Source: Microthyrium microscopicum (taxonomy: Eukaryota). Taken from it: a DNA stretch of 64,000 nt. The stretch covers positions 124,001-188,000 of the forward strand of contig MU004236.1 of assembly GCA_010405405.1 (NCBI GenBank). Direction: 5' to 3'. The notes below the pieces were generated by a model that did no database searches, had not been told where the DNA came from, and worked only from the letters and a program-made list of their open reading frames with translations. A program made the position numbers and the translations under genes. Every line of letters starts with the position of its first letter. Position 1 is the stretch's first letter. This document shows positions 39,901-50,519 of the stretch, piece after piece.

Positions 39901-42853
39901 TCTTTTTTTTTAATATCTTAAGGCTATACTACTAGTATAATAAAGGCTAGTAAAATATAAATAGTATATAAGTATACTAGTAAGACTTATCTTTTATAAA
40001 TAGTATCTTTATACTTAAGGTACTAAATATACTAGTAAAGGTAGCTAAGTATCTTCTTAGTCTTCTCTTATACCTTCTCTTTAATATTTTTATAGTCTTC
40101 CTTAGCCTAATAGAATATTTCTTTAGCTTTCTTAGTATTTTAGTATTACTCTTTATTATATTAATAAAATATCTCTTTTATACGCTTAGTATTAGTATTA
40201 AAGATACGTTTTTTTCTTTTATTATATATTTTAGTCTTATTTAGCTCCTCTTTATAACTTAGTAAAGAAGTATCTAGTTTAAAGACTAATAATTATTATC
40301 CTTAATAGCATTCTTTATAGAAGGTTATTATTCTTTTTAAACTTTTATAAATATTACTACTAAAGATATAACTAAGGCTTTAATTTTATTATTAAATAAG
40401 GGTTCTTAATTTTTATATAGCATAGTCTTATTAAAGTAGTAGTAATCCTTTTACTTATAATAGATATAACGTTTATTTATTTTTAAGGCGTTAAAAACGT
40501 CTATAGGACGATTAATGTTACTAGTTTTATTATTTTAGGCCCCTTTATTAGTAGACTAATTATTATTATAGCTATAAGAGGTATTATTTATAGTAATAGG
40601 CTTATAATTAATTTAGCACGTAACTAAGTAAAGTTAGGTATAAAATATAGCAAAATTACTAAAATACTAGCCTACTAGTAGGTTTATAAACTTATAATTA
40701 ATAAGATCTTATAATTTAATAATCTTCTTATGCTTAGATAGTTCTATATCTACTAAATTCGTTAAGAAGTAATTAATAAAGGCTTAAAGACTTTTTATAT
40801 TTTTTATCTTAATATCTAAGGACTTTAACTATACTTTAATATCTTTAAAAGTATTCTTAGAGTAGTAATAATTATCTAGATCTACCTATATTTCTTCTAT
40901 AGTATTATAAAAATTCTTTAACTTATAACCTCTATATATAATTATAATACTATAAGCAAAGTTAATATAATAGATACGAATAAACTTAATTTTTTTCTTT
41001 TTAATAGGGATATATAAGTATATATTCTTATTAAGAAGTATATCTAATATCTTCTTTTTTTATTATTTATAATATATAGGTTTATTTTTAAAATTATTAG
41101 GTTCTTTAAACTTTATAAGTATTATTAGGAAGGTATTATTAGCTATTAATAATAATAAGATATAGCGTATTCCTTAGGCTTAAAGCTATAAGTATAAAAC
41201 TACTAGATATATTACTTATAGTATAGAACGACTTAAGAAGATATTATCCTTTAAATTATTTAGGTTAATATAGGCTTAGTTTAAATTTATTTAAAGTCTA
41301 TTTTTAAGTTCTTAGACCTAGTAGTAAAGGTTAATAATTAACTTATAATATTATAAATTAGTATTATACTTTTTTACTAATTTAGTAAGAGCTACTTATT
41401 TATTTAAACAAGTAGTAGTTAGTACTAATTTATAGTTATAATAAATTTAGCTAGTAAGTACTTTAAGATCTATTATTATCTACTAATAAGTAGCTACTTC
41501 TTCTTATAGTACTTCTACTAATTTACTTAGTTAACCTACTTCTATATTAGCGTCTATAAGTTCTCTTATTAGCTAATTTTAAAGTTTTTAAGCAGACTAG
41601 TAACGTAATATTATGATTTAATTAATTACTAACGCAATATATAGTTATTTAAAGAATTAATCTTTTTCTATAAACTTAATATATTAGTCTAGATACTTAT
41701 TATTAGATATTAATATATAATATTTCTAGAGAATAGTAGAATTATTAGAATTATCCTAAAGAACTACTAATATCTATTTCTTTACCTTTAGTCTAACTTT
41801 ATATAATGCTTATATAAATAAAGGCTTTATACTAGTAAGTAATATAACTTTACTATTAAGGTTTACTAGTTTTAAAGGTAGATAGGATAGAAATAATATA
41901 AGAATATTATAAGGTTCTTTTTTGTATATTAGTAATTCTAGCTAATAGTAGATATTAATAGATAATTTTACTTTTAACGTACCTTTATCTAGTAGACTAT
42001 TAATAATAGTACTAAAGGTTAATACCTCTTTATCTTTTAATCTTAGCTCTTTTATTATATTTATTAGTATAATAGATACTATAGTTAATAGTCTAGTAAT
42101 AATCTTATAAGGTTATTAAATATTAATACTAACTTAAGTATTTTAATAGAAAAATTCTTTATCTTTATTATTTAAAGCTACTTTAGGTAATAAAAGTAAC
42201 TTTTTAATAGATTTAACTATTAAGATACTCTTTTACTATAGTATTAATATAATAATAGACTATTAATTAGTTTTTATATTTAGGATAACTAGCTTCTTAG
42301 TAAAATAGCTATCTCTACTATAATAGAGTAAAACTAAGCAACTTTAAATACTAATATTACTACGCTTATAGGCAATATAAGAGTTATTTAAGAATACTAG
42401 TTTAAGACTAGAAATAAGTAGCGCCTTACTTATAGTAATATATAGCTAAATAATATAGTGTTTCTTAATAAATTAGAACTAATTTAATAGATTAATAGAT
42501 ATAAATTTAATAAAGAATAAGGTAAGTATATTTTATAGTTAGTAGAAAGAAAGTAGTATAAACGCCTCTATAAATCTAAGAAGAATACTATAAGGTAAAG
42601 CTTAAGCCTCTAAGTAGTCTTTATTCTAGTAAATAATGCTAAATTTACGTTACTTTAGTTAGTATTTATAAATTTGCTAGCACCTTTAGTAATACTAATC
42701 CTAATTAAGGGTAATATTACTAAATACTAATTAGTTAAATCTATAGCATAACTATAGTAATTTGATAGGAATTATTAAACGCCTCTATGTATTTATTAAT
42801 AATGCGTAAAATATATATAGAGCGTAAAATTTAATATAGAGGTATTTAGATTA

Positions 42854-43076
42854 TGTAAGGAGCTAATAAGTATAATAGGCAAGCAGAAAGTAGCTAGTAT
42901 TATAGAATCTAAGTATAAAGAGAAGAGATCTAGAGATATAGCTATAAATATAAAGAAGTAGGAGCCTAGGATATCCTTAGATATATTAACCCTAAATAGA
43001 ATAAAGAGATCTTATCTATAGGATTAGATCTTAGTATCTAAACACTATAATACTAAACCTGTAAGGATTCCTTACA
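42854..43076 (-). repeat. LTR of element A (5' LTR)
   Basis: Intact TGTAAGGA...TCCTTACA termini; direct repeat of 27794-28016. Confidence 0.9.
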
Positions 43077-44263
43077 AAAGCTCTCTTATGATAGTAGAGG
43101 ATTATGCTTTTACTATTAATAGTAAAAGGTACGCAAGGTACTTAATAAATACGTTATTAAAACTAGATACTACTATTTAAAGTATCTTAATATTTACCCT
43201 CTTTATTTAGTATATTAGAGGGCATTTTATAACTATAGTAAGTATATATTTTATTAACATTTTAGATAAGAACTAATTAAGCTATCTTGTAGTAATAGAA
43301 GGAGATTATATAAATATTAGTAGATAAGTTAAATAAAACTCTAAGAATACTAAAATTCTTATCTTAAAAGCTCTTTAGACGCTATAGTTAGCATAATTTG
43401 AGATAATTCCTTAGCCCCTTTATAGAATAGCCTCTTAGACATTCCTTACAAATATTGTATATAAAGTAACCACTTTAGTATTAGTCGCGCGGAATCCGTA
43501 CGGTGGCGGCAAGCCCAAAGGTCCTTCAGATATTAAGGGATAACACTCTGTCTACTGCTTAAACTCTCATAAAATTACGCCCGAGCTGTTGTCGGTGAAG
43601 ACCCTTGGCCTTTCCAATGACCCCAAAGCGAAGCCATTTGTGTCATCATTTCCTAATCCAGCACAATCAGTCTGCAGTGTTACAAGAGAGAAACGCCTAA
43701 TCTATCCAGAGCCCAGACGAATAATTGGCCGAATTATCCGGTGTGAAGACAAACTAGGAATGGCGAGTTGTGAGGCATCAGAATGTTTGTTGCACAGCAG
43801 TAGGCTCGCGTCTGTAGAGTGTTTTCTCGCTTATTGCGGCACAAAAGCACCCTGAAGCCCAGCGGCAAAGCTCCCCCCAGGAGGACAATTTTCTACAAGA
43901 TGCTATTCGTGGGATATAGGTTTTGATGCAACGGCAGAGAATACTTTGCGATGATCGTTATCGACGTGTACAGTGGTAGACTGGTAGTACACGGCAACGT
44001 GCAGACCAAGTCCTCGGAAACTGCTGGCATACTCTACTTTGGGGATTTTTGCGGCTATCTTCTTCTGAATTGACTGAAATTGTTGCTCGAATTTGTGCTC
44101 CGATAGACGCAGTGGGGATTGTGGAGTATGCCACAGTAAATTGAGAGCTGGAAAGCTCCGTAAGGCTACTGTACTCTAGGGTAGAGTACGGAGCCAAGGG
44201 TAATGTAGAGTCGTTAATTGGAATATGCAATGGGATAATTGCTTGTTTCTGGAGAGGTAGGAT

Positions 44264-44302
44264 TGGGCGTGTGGGCATATGGGCGTATGGGCGTATGGGC
44301 GT
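44264..44302. repeat. Short tandem repeat of an 8-bp unit (atgggcgt), about 5 degenerate copies
   Basis: tgggcgtgtgggcatatgggcgtatgggcgtatgggcgt, read directly from the sequence. Confidence 0.7.
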
Positions 44303-44949
44303 TGATATGTGTACTAGTATGGATGAAATGGCTCGATTCGACGAATGGCTACCCGATCCTTTGAACAAAGACACAACATCTATCGCGTCTACTTCTCCTA
44401 CTGCTACTAATACCAATAATACATCCATCTCTCTATCCGCAAACTTACAAGAGGCCTTTTGGCTCCAACCTCATCTCTTGTTAGACTTGATCTTAGCCGG
44501 TCAAGTGCGTGCGTGGTTCAGCGCCTTGTTCGCCTGCTCTGTACCTTCATGTTCGTGCAATAACCCAGACTTAAAATCCTCGCCCCGAACTCTCCATCTT
44601 CCACTCCTCCCTCTTCTCAATTCGGCATCTCCCCCAGGCGGAGATCATTCGTCGTACACTTCCTGTGAGTTCTTACCTAGCCGAAGTTTATTAGAACTTC
44701 AGCTTTTAAGGGTGTTACTCTAGGAGTTGTAAATACAAGCTCCTCTCTACCCTCTCTACGCTTCCAACAATCATACACTCGTCACGTCTTTGCCAGGGCC
44801 ATACTGCTGAAAATTGCCCAGTGCTGGACCTATCTTGGCTTTTTGCTACATCACCCTATCACAACTCTTCTAGTCTGCTGCGAAGTCTCCATTCAGCCTG
44901 ACTGCTTGCTTCTACGTCTTTGCTATCTTCCCCTCATCCTTTAGCCATC

Positions 44950-46053
44950 ATGACCGATCAACCTTCGTACATTCCCGAGTACGCGACTACAACTCCTCTC
45001 GTTAGTCCAACAAACTCAAGCGCATTTTCCGACGCGGCAGGCATGGAACAACAATTTAGTGTCCAAAACTACAATGTCTATCCTGTTCCCAATGTACCGG
45101 ATATGAATTTCGAACAGCAAAATTGGTACCAATCCTTGCCATTGGAACAAACAGCTCCCGCGCCTCAACCTACTCCAAAGCACCATCTTCATCACCAGAC
45201 AATATATCAGGTTCCCCAACCAGCACCACTAAATACTGCGCCGGTATCTTATCCCCAACCCGCCAACTCACCAACATGGATCCAACAACAAGTTGAAATC
45301 CATCACGCACCCCAACTCCCTCCCCAACCATCGCCAATCCACCACCCACTCCCGCAACAATGGCGCCAACAAATATCCCATCAACAAATGGAACACCAAG
45401 TCCACAGTCCCCAGACCACCCTCTCTATCCAACCAACTATCCCTCCATCAGAAGAAATACAAGAAATACACACAACCTCAACCTCGCCCACAATCCACAC
45501 ACCCACAGTCTACCCAACGCGCTATCCCTCCAACGAATCCCCCATCTCCCCCGACTCTTCCATCACCAGCCCAAATACAATCACATCTCCAAGCACCCAC
45601 CACAACACCTTCCAACCCACCAGCCCAACAACTTCCCTCCCCTCCCCACCGCGCCTCCCCGAAAAGCGCAAACGCGGCCGTCCTCGCCTCCCGCGCCCCG
45701 ATCCAGATCCAACAAAACCTAAACCACCACGTGTCTCGCGCCGCCAACCACATAATCAAGTCGAACGGAAATATCGCGAGGGCTTGAACGCGGAAATGGA
45801 TCGTTTAAGGGCAGCGATTCCGCCGATGCCAGCGGAACCTGCGAGTAATAATAATTCGGCGGGCCAGAAACCGAGTAAGGCGCAAGTCCTGCAGAGTGCG
45901 GTGGTGGAAATCCAGACACTCAAGGATAAATTGGCAGCGTCAGAAGCACGTGCGGTGTCGCTAGCGGCTGAGAATGGGGTGTTGAAAGGCCGATTGGAGC
46001 GGTTGGTCAAGGGCGGTGCTGGTGTTGGGATGGGGATGGTCGGCATCGTGTAG
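44950..46053 (+). CDS. bHLH-ZIP transcription factor, SREBP-type basic region (Hms1/SrbB-like), with AT-hook
   Basis: ATG at 44950. P/Q/T-rich N-terminus, AT-hook KRKRGRPR, bHLH HNQVERKYREGLNAEMDRLRAAIP...KPSKAQVLQSAVVEI, short zipper. Confidence 0.85.
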   Translation: MTDQPSYIPEYATTTPLVSPTNSSAFSDAAGMEQQFSVQNYNVYPVPNVPDMNFEQQNWYQSLPLEQTAPAPQPTPKHHLHHQTIYQVPQPAPLNTAPVSYPQPANSPTWIQQQVEIHHAPQLPPQPSPIHHPLPQQWRQQISHQQMEHQVHSPQTTLSIQPTIPPSEEIQEIHTTSTSPTIHTPTVYPTRYPSNESPISPDSSITSPNTITSPSTHHNTFQPTSPTTSLPSPPRLPEKRKRGRPRLPRPDPDPTKPKPPRVSRRQPHNQVERKYREGLNAEMDRLRAAIPPMPAEPASNNNSAGQKPSKAQVLQSAVVEIQTLKDKLAASEARAVSLAAENGVLKGRLERLVKGGAGVGMGMVGIV

Positions 46054-46578
46054 ATGTGAAATGGAAGAGAGGGACAAGCAAGGAAAGATACCATGCCATT
46101 TTCGATTCTTTGCGATTTAATGACTGCCACGATAAAAACGAATGTTTTCGGTGTGTAATAATGGTACGGAGGTGGGTTAGCGGTTCTACTTCGAACTGAT
46201 ATCTTTCTACGCATTTGCCGAATTGAAGCGCCAGATATCTGCAAGGAAACCATCTCACGCGGCGCATGTTTATGATACGGCTATACACCATCCTATTTCG
46301 GTATGTTTAGGGAACAAAACCTTTTTCTGGGCGGCGATATCTGGGGGTTCAAACAGGAGAGCACGATACCAGTCTGCCCCTAGGCGTTTTTCTCTTTTTG
46401 AGATTTTTAATGGCATACGTTAGTGTCACATCTTCATAGCTTGGAGTTGGTGGTAGTGTCTGTAGCATTGAATAGTATACAGAATCTACAACCGCAGTAT
46501 TATTAATCATCAACAATAGCCATTCATGCTTTGTACTCGTAGCGATGAGCCATGGATTTTTCTGTGACCAGCCAAACA

Positions 46579-49014
46579 TCAAGCAACGCGACGGCGTTTA
46601 CCAGTACCGGCAGTGACACTGCTTTCCTTGGCATCGTCCTCCTGACTTGGGCTCATCTCGCTCTCTGCTCTCTTGCGAGCGGCAGTCGATGCCTCAGCGG
46701 TTTTTTCAGCACTTCGGAAGTTTACCAAACTGGCTTCGGCCGATTCAAACATCTCCCGAGCATCAGCAACGACACTGTCTTCACCAGGATTGAACATGAC
46801 CGCATTAGCAAACATCCGCATGATTTCAGACTCCAGTTGTGCCGAGTTGACAATCGCCTTTGGAGGAATCAGATCTTCAGACCAAGGCAGCATAGAGCCA
46901 GTTGAGGACGCATCTGCTGGAACATTGGCCGCGTTCACAGCACGAGCACCGGCGCCAATAGCAGCCTTGATGGTCTTGAGATCCGTGGGTCGGCGAATCA
47001 TAGTGCTGTAGCCTTCCGCATCCCGATCTCGAACTGGATGGCTGAAAAGTGATGCATGCTTGTGCGATACAATATCGTTCATCACCGTATTGCTCAATCG
47101 AGGAAAGTTTCGCACTACAAAGACGGAATCCCGCTCAATGGGTTGTGGATATTGTACCTCGGCTGGCTCAGCTGTACCTTCGCCTTGGTATCCGGACTCA
47201 GATGTGGCATCAACATCTACGCTTCGCTTGCGCTTGTTACGAGTTGATCTACGACTGACTGCATTAGGCGCTGGCATTGGTGTGTCCTCGCCCATAGATA
47301 CATCCATTTGTTCATTTGGTGTGGATGGTTCAGGTTTTGGAAGTTGATCGGTAGACATGTGTGAAGCAGCAGATTCGCTGCGAGTTCTACCTCGAGCTGA
47401 TGAATCTATAGCCGATGAGGCTGTGCTAATTCCTCGCATGTTCCGGGTTGAGACTCGGTTAGATCTTGTACTGGGGGCTGTCGGTTCTGTCAATGATGTC
47501 TCTTTGCTTGGTCCTTTCGATTTTCTTCCCGCCCCTCTGCGTTTTGGGCTCTGCTCTTCCGGTTCAGGGGACGCGGCATGCTCACTAATAGGACTAATGC
47601 TTCGTGGCCTCTCCGGTGACGAAGTTGGCGCATGCATTGATGCGTCTGTCCATATGGTCTCTGCCCGTCTCTTACCCGAAGTGGGGCTTTGGACGGGTGT
47701 GTTGTTACGCGACAGCGCTGGGTTGGACAACATTCTACTAATTGATAATACCAACGGTGTGGGACCTGGTCGTGGTTTCCCTGATAATGGGGTAGTGATA
47801 GATTCCGGATTGGTAGTCACCATCCGAGGAAGAGTTCGTGGTTGTGAAGCAACAGGAGGTAGTCCAGTTGATTGTTGTTGCTGCAATGGAGTTGGAACCT
47901 GGGGAGAAACTTGAAATGGTTGAAGCATGACTCCGCCTCTTTGAGACGGATGAGGAGAAGCCCCATATTGTGGAGCCCCCACAGGTCTGCCAGATGGAGG
48001 GTATGGAGGTGGTGTACCAGCAATACTTGATGGTGCTGGTGAATGTTGTTGATTGGGAATGGTTGCTAAAGGCGCAGATGGGGTATTTCTTGCGGGAGGC
48101 TGATGAGACTGGGCCAAAGGAGTGGTTGCTTGTCCTTGAGGGAGATGCACTGGAGACTGCGGGTTCAACGGGCTCGCTGGTCGATCGATTGACAAGCGTT
48201 GTCCATACACAGCCTGAGGAGTACTCGTTGGATTTGCACGATACGGAGAGGGAGCGATTGCTGTTTGACTGTGGCCAGGAGAAGACATTGACATGCGATT
48301 AGGTGCGGCCAAAGGAGTAGAAGCTTGCTGAGCTGACAATAACTGACGGGGAACAGTTTTAGGCAGTTCAATGGTTGTTGAGCTTGGCGATGGAGAGCGC
48401 GTGGCCTGATCCCTTCGCTCAATAACCGGGCGCAGGTAACTTCCCATAGACTTGGAGGCTGTGGGCATATTTGCTCGAGGAGTTCCATTAGGCCTCGTAG
48501 GAACTTGTGCCTGCCGTCGTTGTTCCAAACTTGTTTGAAGCTTTGTATCCCAGTCGCCTCGCCGTATTTCCACCAGCTCTTGCTGCAACTTGTCATATTT
48601 TTCTTCTGCTTCCTGTATTTCCCTGACTGCATCTTCTCTATAATTATTGTATAGTTTCAAGATTACCTTGGGTAATAATTCCAGGTTCTTTTGCGCATCT
48701 TGTATAGTGGGTAGGCTTGGACTTGGAGCCTTTCGCTTGCGCGGAGAGTTATTCGGAGCTCCATTCTGAATATCAGAATCGCCAGAGACCTTTTCTTCCT
48801 TTCTTACTTCGTCCTTCCATATTCGTAAAAAGAACTCTCGCAGAGCATCAGGACTCAGTCGGCCAGGATCGTAGCCATTTGTGTCGCGAATCTGGGGATC
48901 ATCTTTCAAATTCTCGGAGACTTTATTGAATACCGTCGGAGAAATGCCATAAGCCCGAAGGTATTGAAAAAGAAGGAGTGCTTCAAGTCGAGTATAGGCG
49001 GTTGGACCAGGCAT
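46579..49014 (-). CDS. Bromodomain protein, Brd8/Bdc1-like (probable NuA4-associated)
   Basis: ATG at 49014. N-terminal YTRLEALLLFQYL plus coiled coil, long disordered middle, C-terminal bromodomain HASLFSHPV...GYSTMIRRPTDLKTIK...IMRMFANAVMFN. Confidence 0.8.
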   Translation of the reverse strand: MPGPTAYTRLEALLLFQYLRAYGISPTVFNKVSENLKDDPQIRDTNGYDPGRLSPDALREFFLRIWKDEVRKEEKVSGDSDIQNGAPNNSPRKRKAPSPSLPTIQDAQKNLELLPKVILKLYNNYREDAVREIQEAEEKYDKLQQELVEIRRGDWDTKLQTSLEQRRQAQVPTRPNGTPRANMPTASKSMGSYLRPVIERRDQATRSPSPSSTTIELPKTVPRQLLSAQQASTPLAAPNRMSMSSPGHSQTAIAPSPYRANPTSTPQAVYGQRLSIDRPASPLNPQSPVHLPQGQATTPLAQSHQPPARNTPSAPLATIPNQQHSPAPSSIAGTPPPYPPSGRPVGAPQYGASPHPSQRGGVMLQPFQVSPQVPTPLQQQQSTGLPPVASQPRTLPRMVTTNPESITTPLSGKPRPGPTPLVLSISRMLSNPALSRNNTPVQSPTSGKRRAETIWTDASMHAPTSSPERPRSISPISEHAASPEPEEQSPKRRGAGRKSKGPSKETSLTEPTAPSTRSNRVSTRNMRGISTASSAIDSSARGRTRSESAASHMSTDQLPKPEPSTPNEQMDVSMGEDTPMPAPNAVSRRSTRNKRKRSVDVDATSESGYQGEGTAEPAEVQYPQPIERDSVFVVRNFPRLSNTVMNDIVSHKHASLFSHPVRDRDAEGYSTMIRRPTDLKTIKAAIGAGARAVNAANVPADASSTGSMLPWSEDLIPPKAIVNSAQLESEIMRMFANAVMFNPGEDSVVADAREMFESAEASLVNFRSAEKTAEASTAARKRAESEMSPSQEDDAKESSVTAGTGKRRRVA

Positions 49015-50519
49015 CCCCCGTAGCGATGGGGGATGGTAGGTGGGAATGGTGAGGAGTAGGGGAGCCAGAGCTGATGGGAAGCTCAAGACTCATAGGGTTG
49101 AAGATGGACGGACAGGGTGTTCTGATGGAATTGGGTTGGTGATGGTGTTGATGAGGATTGTAGAGAGTTGAATGTAGAGTGCTACAGTCGCAAAAGTCAC
49201 AGTATCGTCTGGGGCAGCTTTAATTGGGCCATGCCAAGTCGGCTCATTTTCGGAGTAAACATTGGCGCCTTGCAGCCTTCGAAGCCTTACTCATCCATAA
49301 ATCGCAACGTTCAATGTTGATCTCACGATCTCATATCGTCCCCCTTTTCTGAACCAGATGATAGATCTACTTCCGTATTGATGGACGTCGACAAGACTCT
49401 TTTCATTCATTGTCTATCACTTCTTGTTCTCTTCTATAATGGGTGCCAGCATATAGCCATTTATGCCAATATTTTTCTGCTCATCCTCTTACTTCCGAAC
49501 ATGTCGGGAGAAGGCTTTGTCTCTTGATCAACGACTGGGCTATTTTTTGCTAGTCACCATGTTCCTGCATATTTCAGCACATCTCCCAACCGTACGCCCC
49601 AATGGCAATGACGAGCTATGGCAAGTATATGCTCAATTAGCCCTGTTCTCGTCATTTGAGGACCACGAGCGCACTGTGCCCTTGATAATCAGTTGTCCAT
49701 TCTAGCCAGAGCTCACAGCCTCACACCTATGATCTGTCATTCTATGACCGGATTTTGTCATTTCCCCAGAGCTCATATGGCTTGACATAGCAGACTACGC
49801 GGAAGATCTGGAGCTGAATTCTCGACATCGCATCATGGTGGCCACCAAGCATTTATTGCCTCCGTGATTCCGTATACACTGCTAATCAGGATTGAGCTCG
49901 ACTACATATTATACCAGGATATGATAGCCTACCTAATCCTGGCTGTAAATCGATCCGTGCCGCAATTTTTCACAGCGATCTATGGATGATAATAGGTCTG
50001 CCTGTCATATTGTGCATAGCAAGTCCCGGATTTGGGGAACCCTCATCTATTTTACCTCAAACATCCTCTGCTTATCAGTATATCTTGGCCCAGATCGTAA
50101 AGGGCACATCGGTCCTATTTGTATTACCACCTATAGAAACCACGAATCACACATCCTGGACTAACCAGTCGCTGCTCAATTTCGTGGCAATAGTCACGGC
50201 TATGGCAAATCACATCTGTCCCATAATAAGATCTAGCCTATAGGCATTCGATCTTTAACGTTCTAGAATATAACCGGGATGATTTTCAAGAGGAAGGATC
50301 GCTATGGGGCGAACCAGTCACTTACATCTAGCCTCTAAGGATTTTGCATTGATCATGATATATATTCACCTTTCAATTCATGCGATTGCTTCGGTCACTG
50401 CACGCTTTCAGCACAGTTATAGTCTGGTAACCGAACGACTCGATCACCCGACAAGCCATCATTCTTTTGCAGCTAGCATTCTAGTCGACACTCTTTGCTG
50501 TGGAGCTACCTACCAGACC

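Larger units (their letters stand above)
27794..43076 (-). mobile_element. Ty3/gypsy LTR retrotransposon A, RIP-inactivated, probably chromodomain-bearing; interrupted by element B
   Basis: Two 223-bp LTRs, 5-bp TSD AAAGC (27789-27793 and 43077-43081), minus-strand polypurine tract next to the left LTR (+ strand ttcctccctct at ~28021). Minus-strand RT remnants KIVFLIRYSLFKFKVLPF (~38.7 kb) and YLDN (38607-38618); chromodomain-like end EFYRLYP (~28.44 kb). Confidence 0.9.
25318..43539 (+). mobile_element. RIP-inactivated piggyBac-like DNA transposon (~2.9 kb of own sequence), interrupted by a nested LTR element
   Basis: Inverted termini cccTTAAcatctgaag (25318-25333) and cttcagataTTAAggg (43524-43539). 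Degenerate transposase motifs lie on the + strand between ~25.85 and 27.8 kb. Confidence 0.8.

Noticed and set aside
43441..43450. attccttaca matching the end of LTR A
   Set aside because: Only 10 bp in AT-rich DNA, with no further LTR similarity upstream.
25318..43539. AT-rich block as a centromere, NUMT or foreign DNA
   Set aside because: Fully accounted for by three RIP-mutated transposons with defined ends. Centromere function cannot be judged from sequence, and no organellar genes are visible.
43589..44723. Short ORFs between the TE block and the bHLH gene
   Set aside because: Non-ATG starts and no domain similarity; more likely the long promoter/5' UTR of the transcription factor.
49440..50243. 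Possible degraded or small gene between the bromodomain and GH114 genes
   Set aside because: Only short overlapping ORFs, with no motif or consistent exon structure that I could support.
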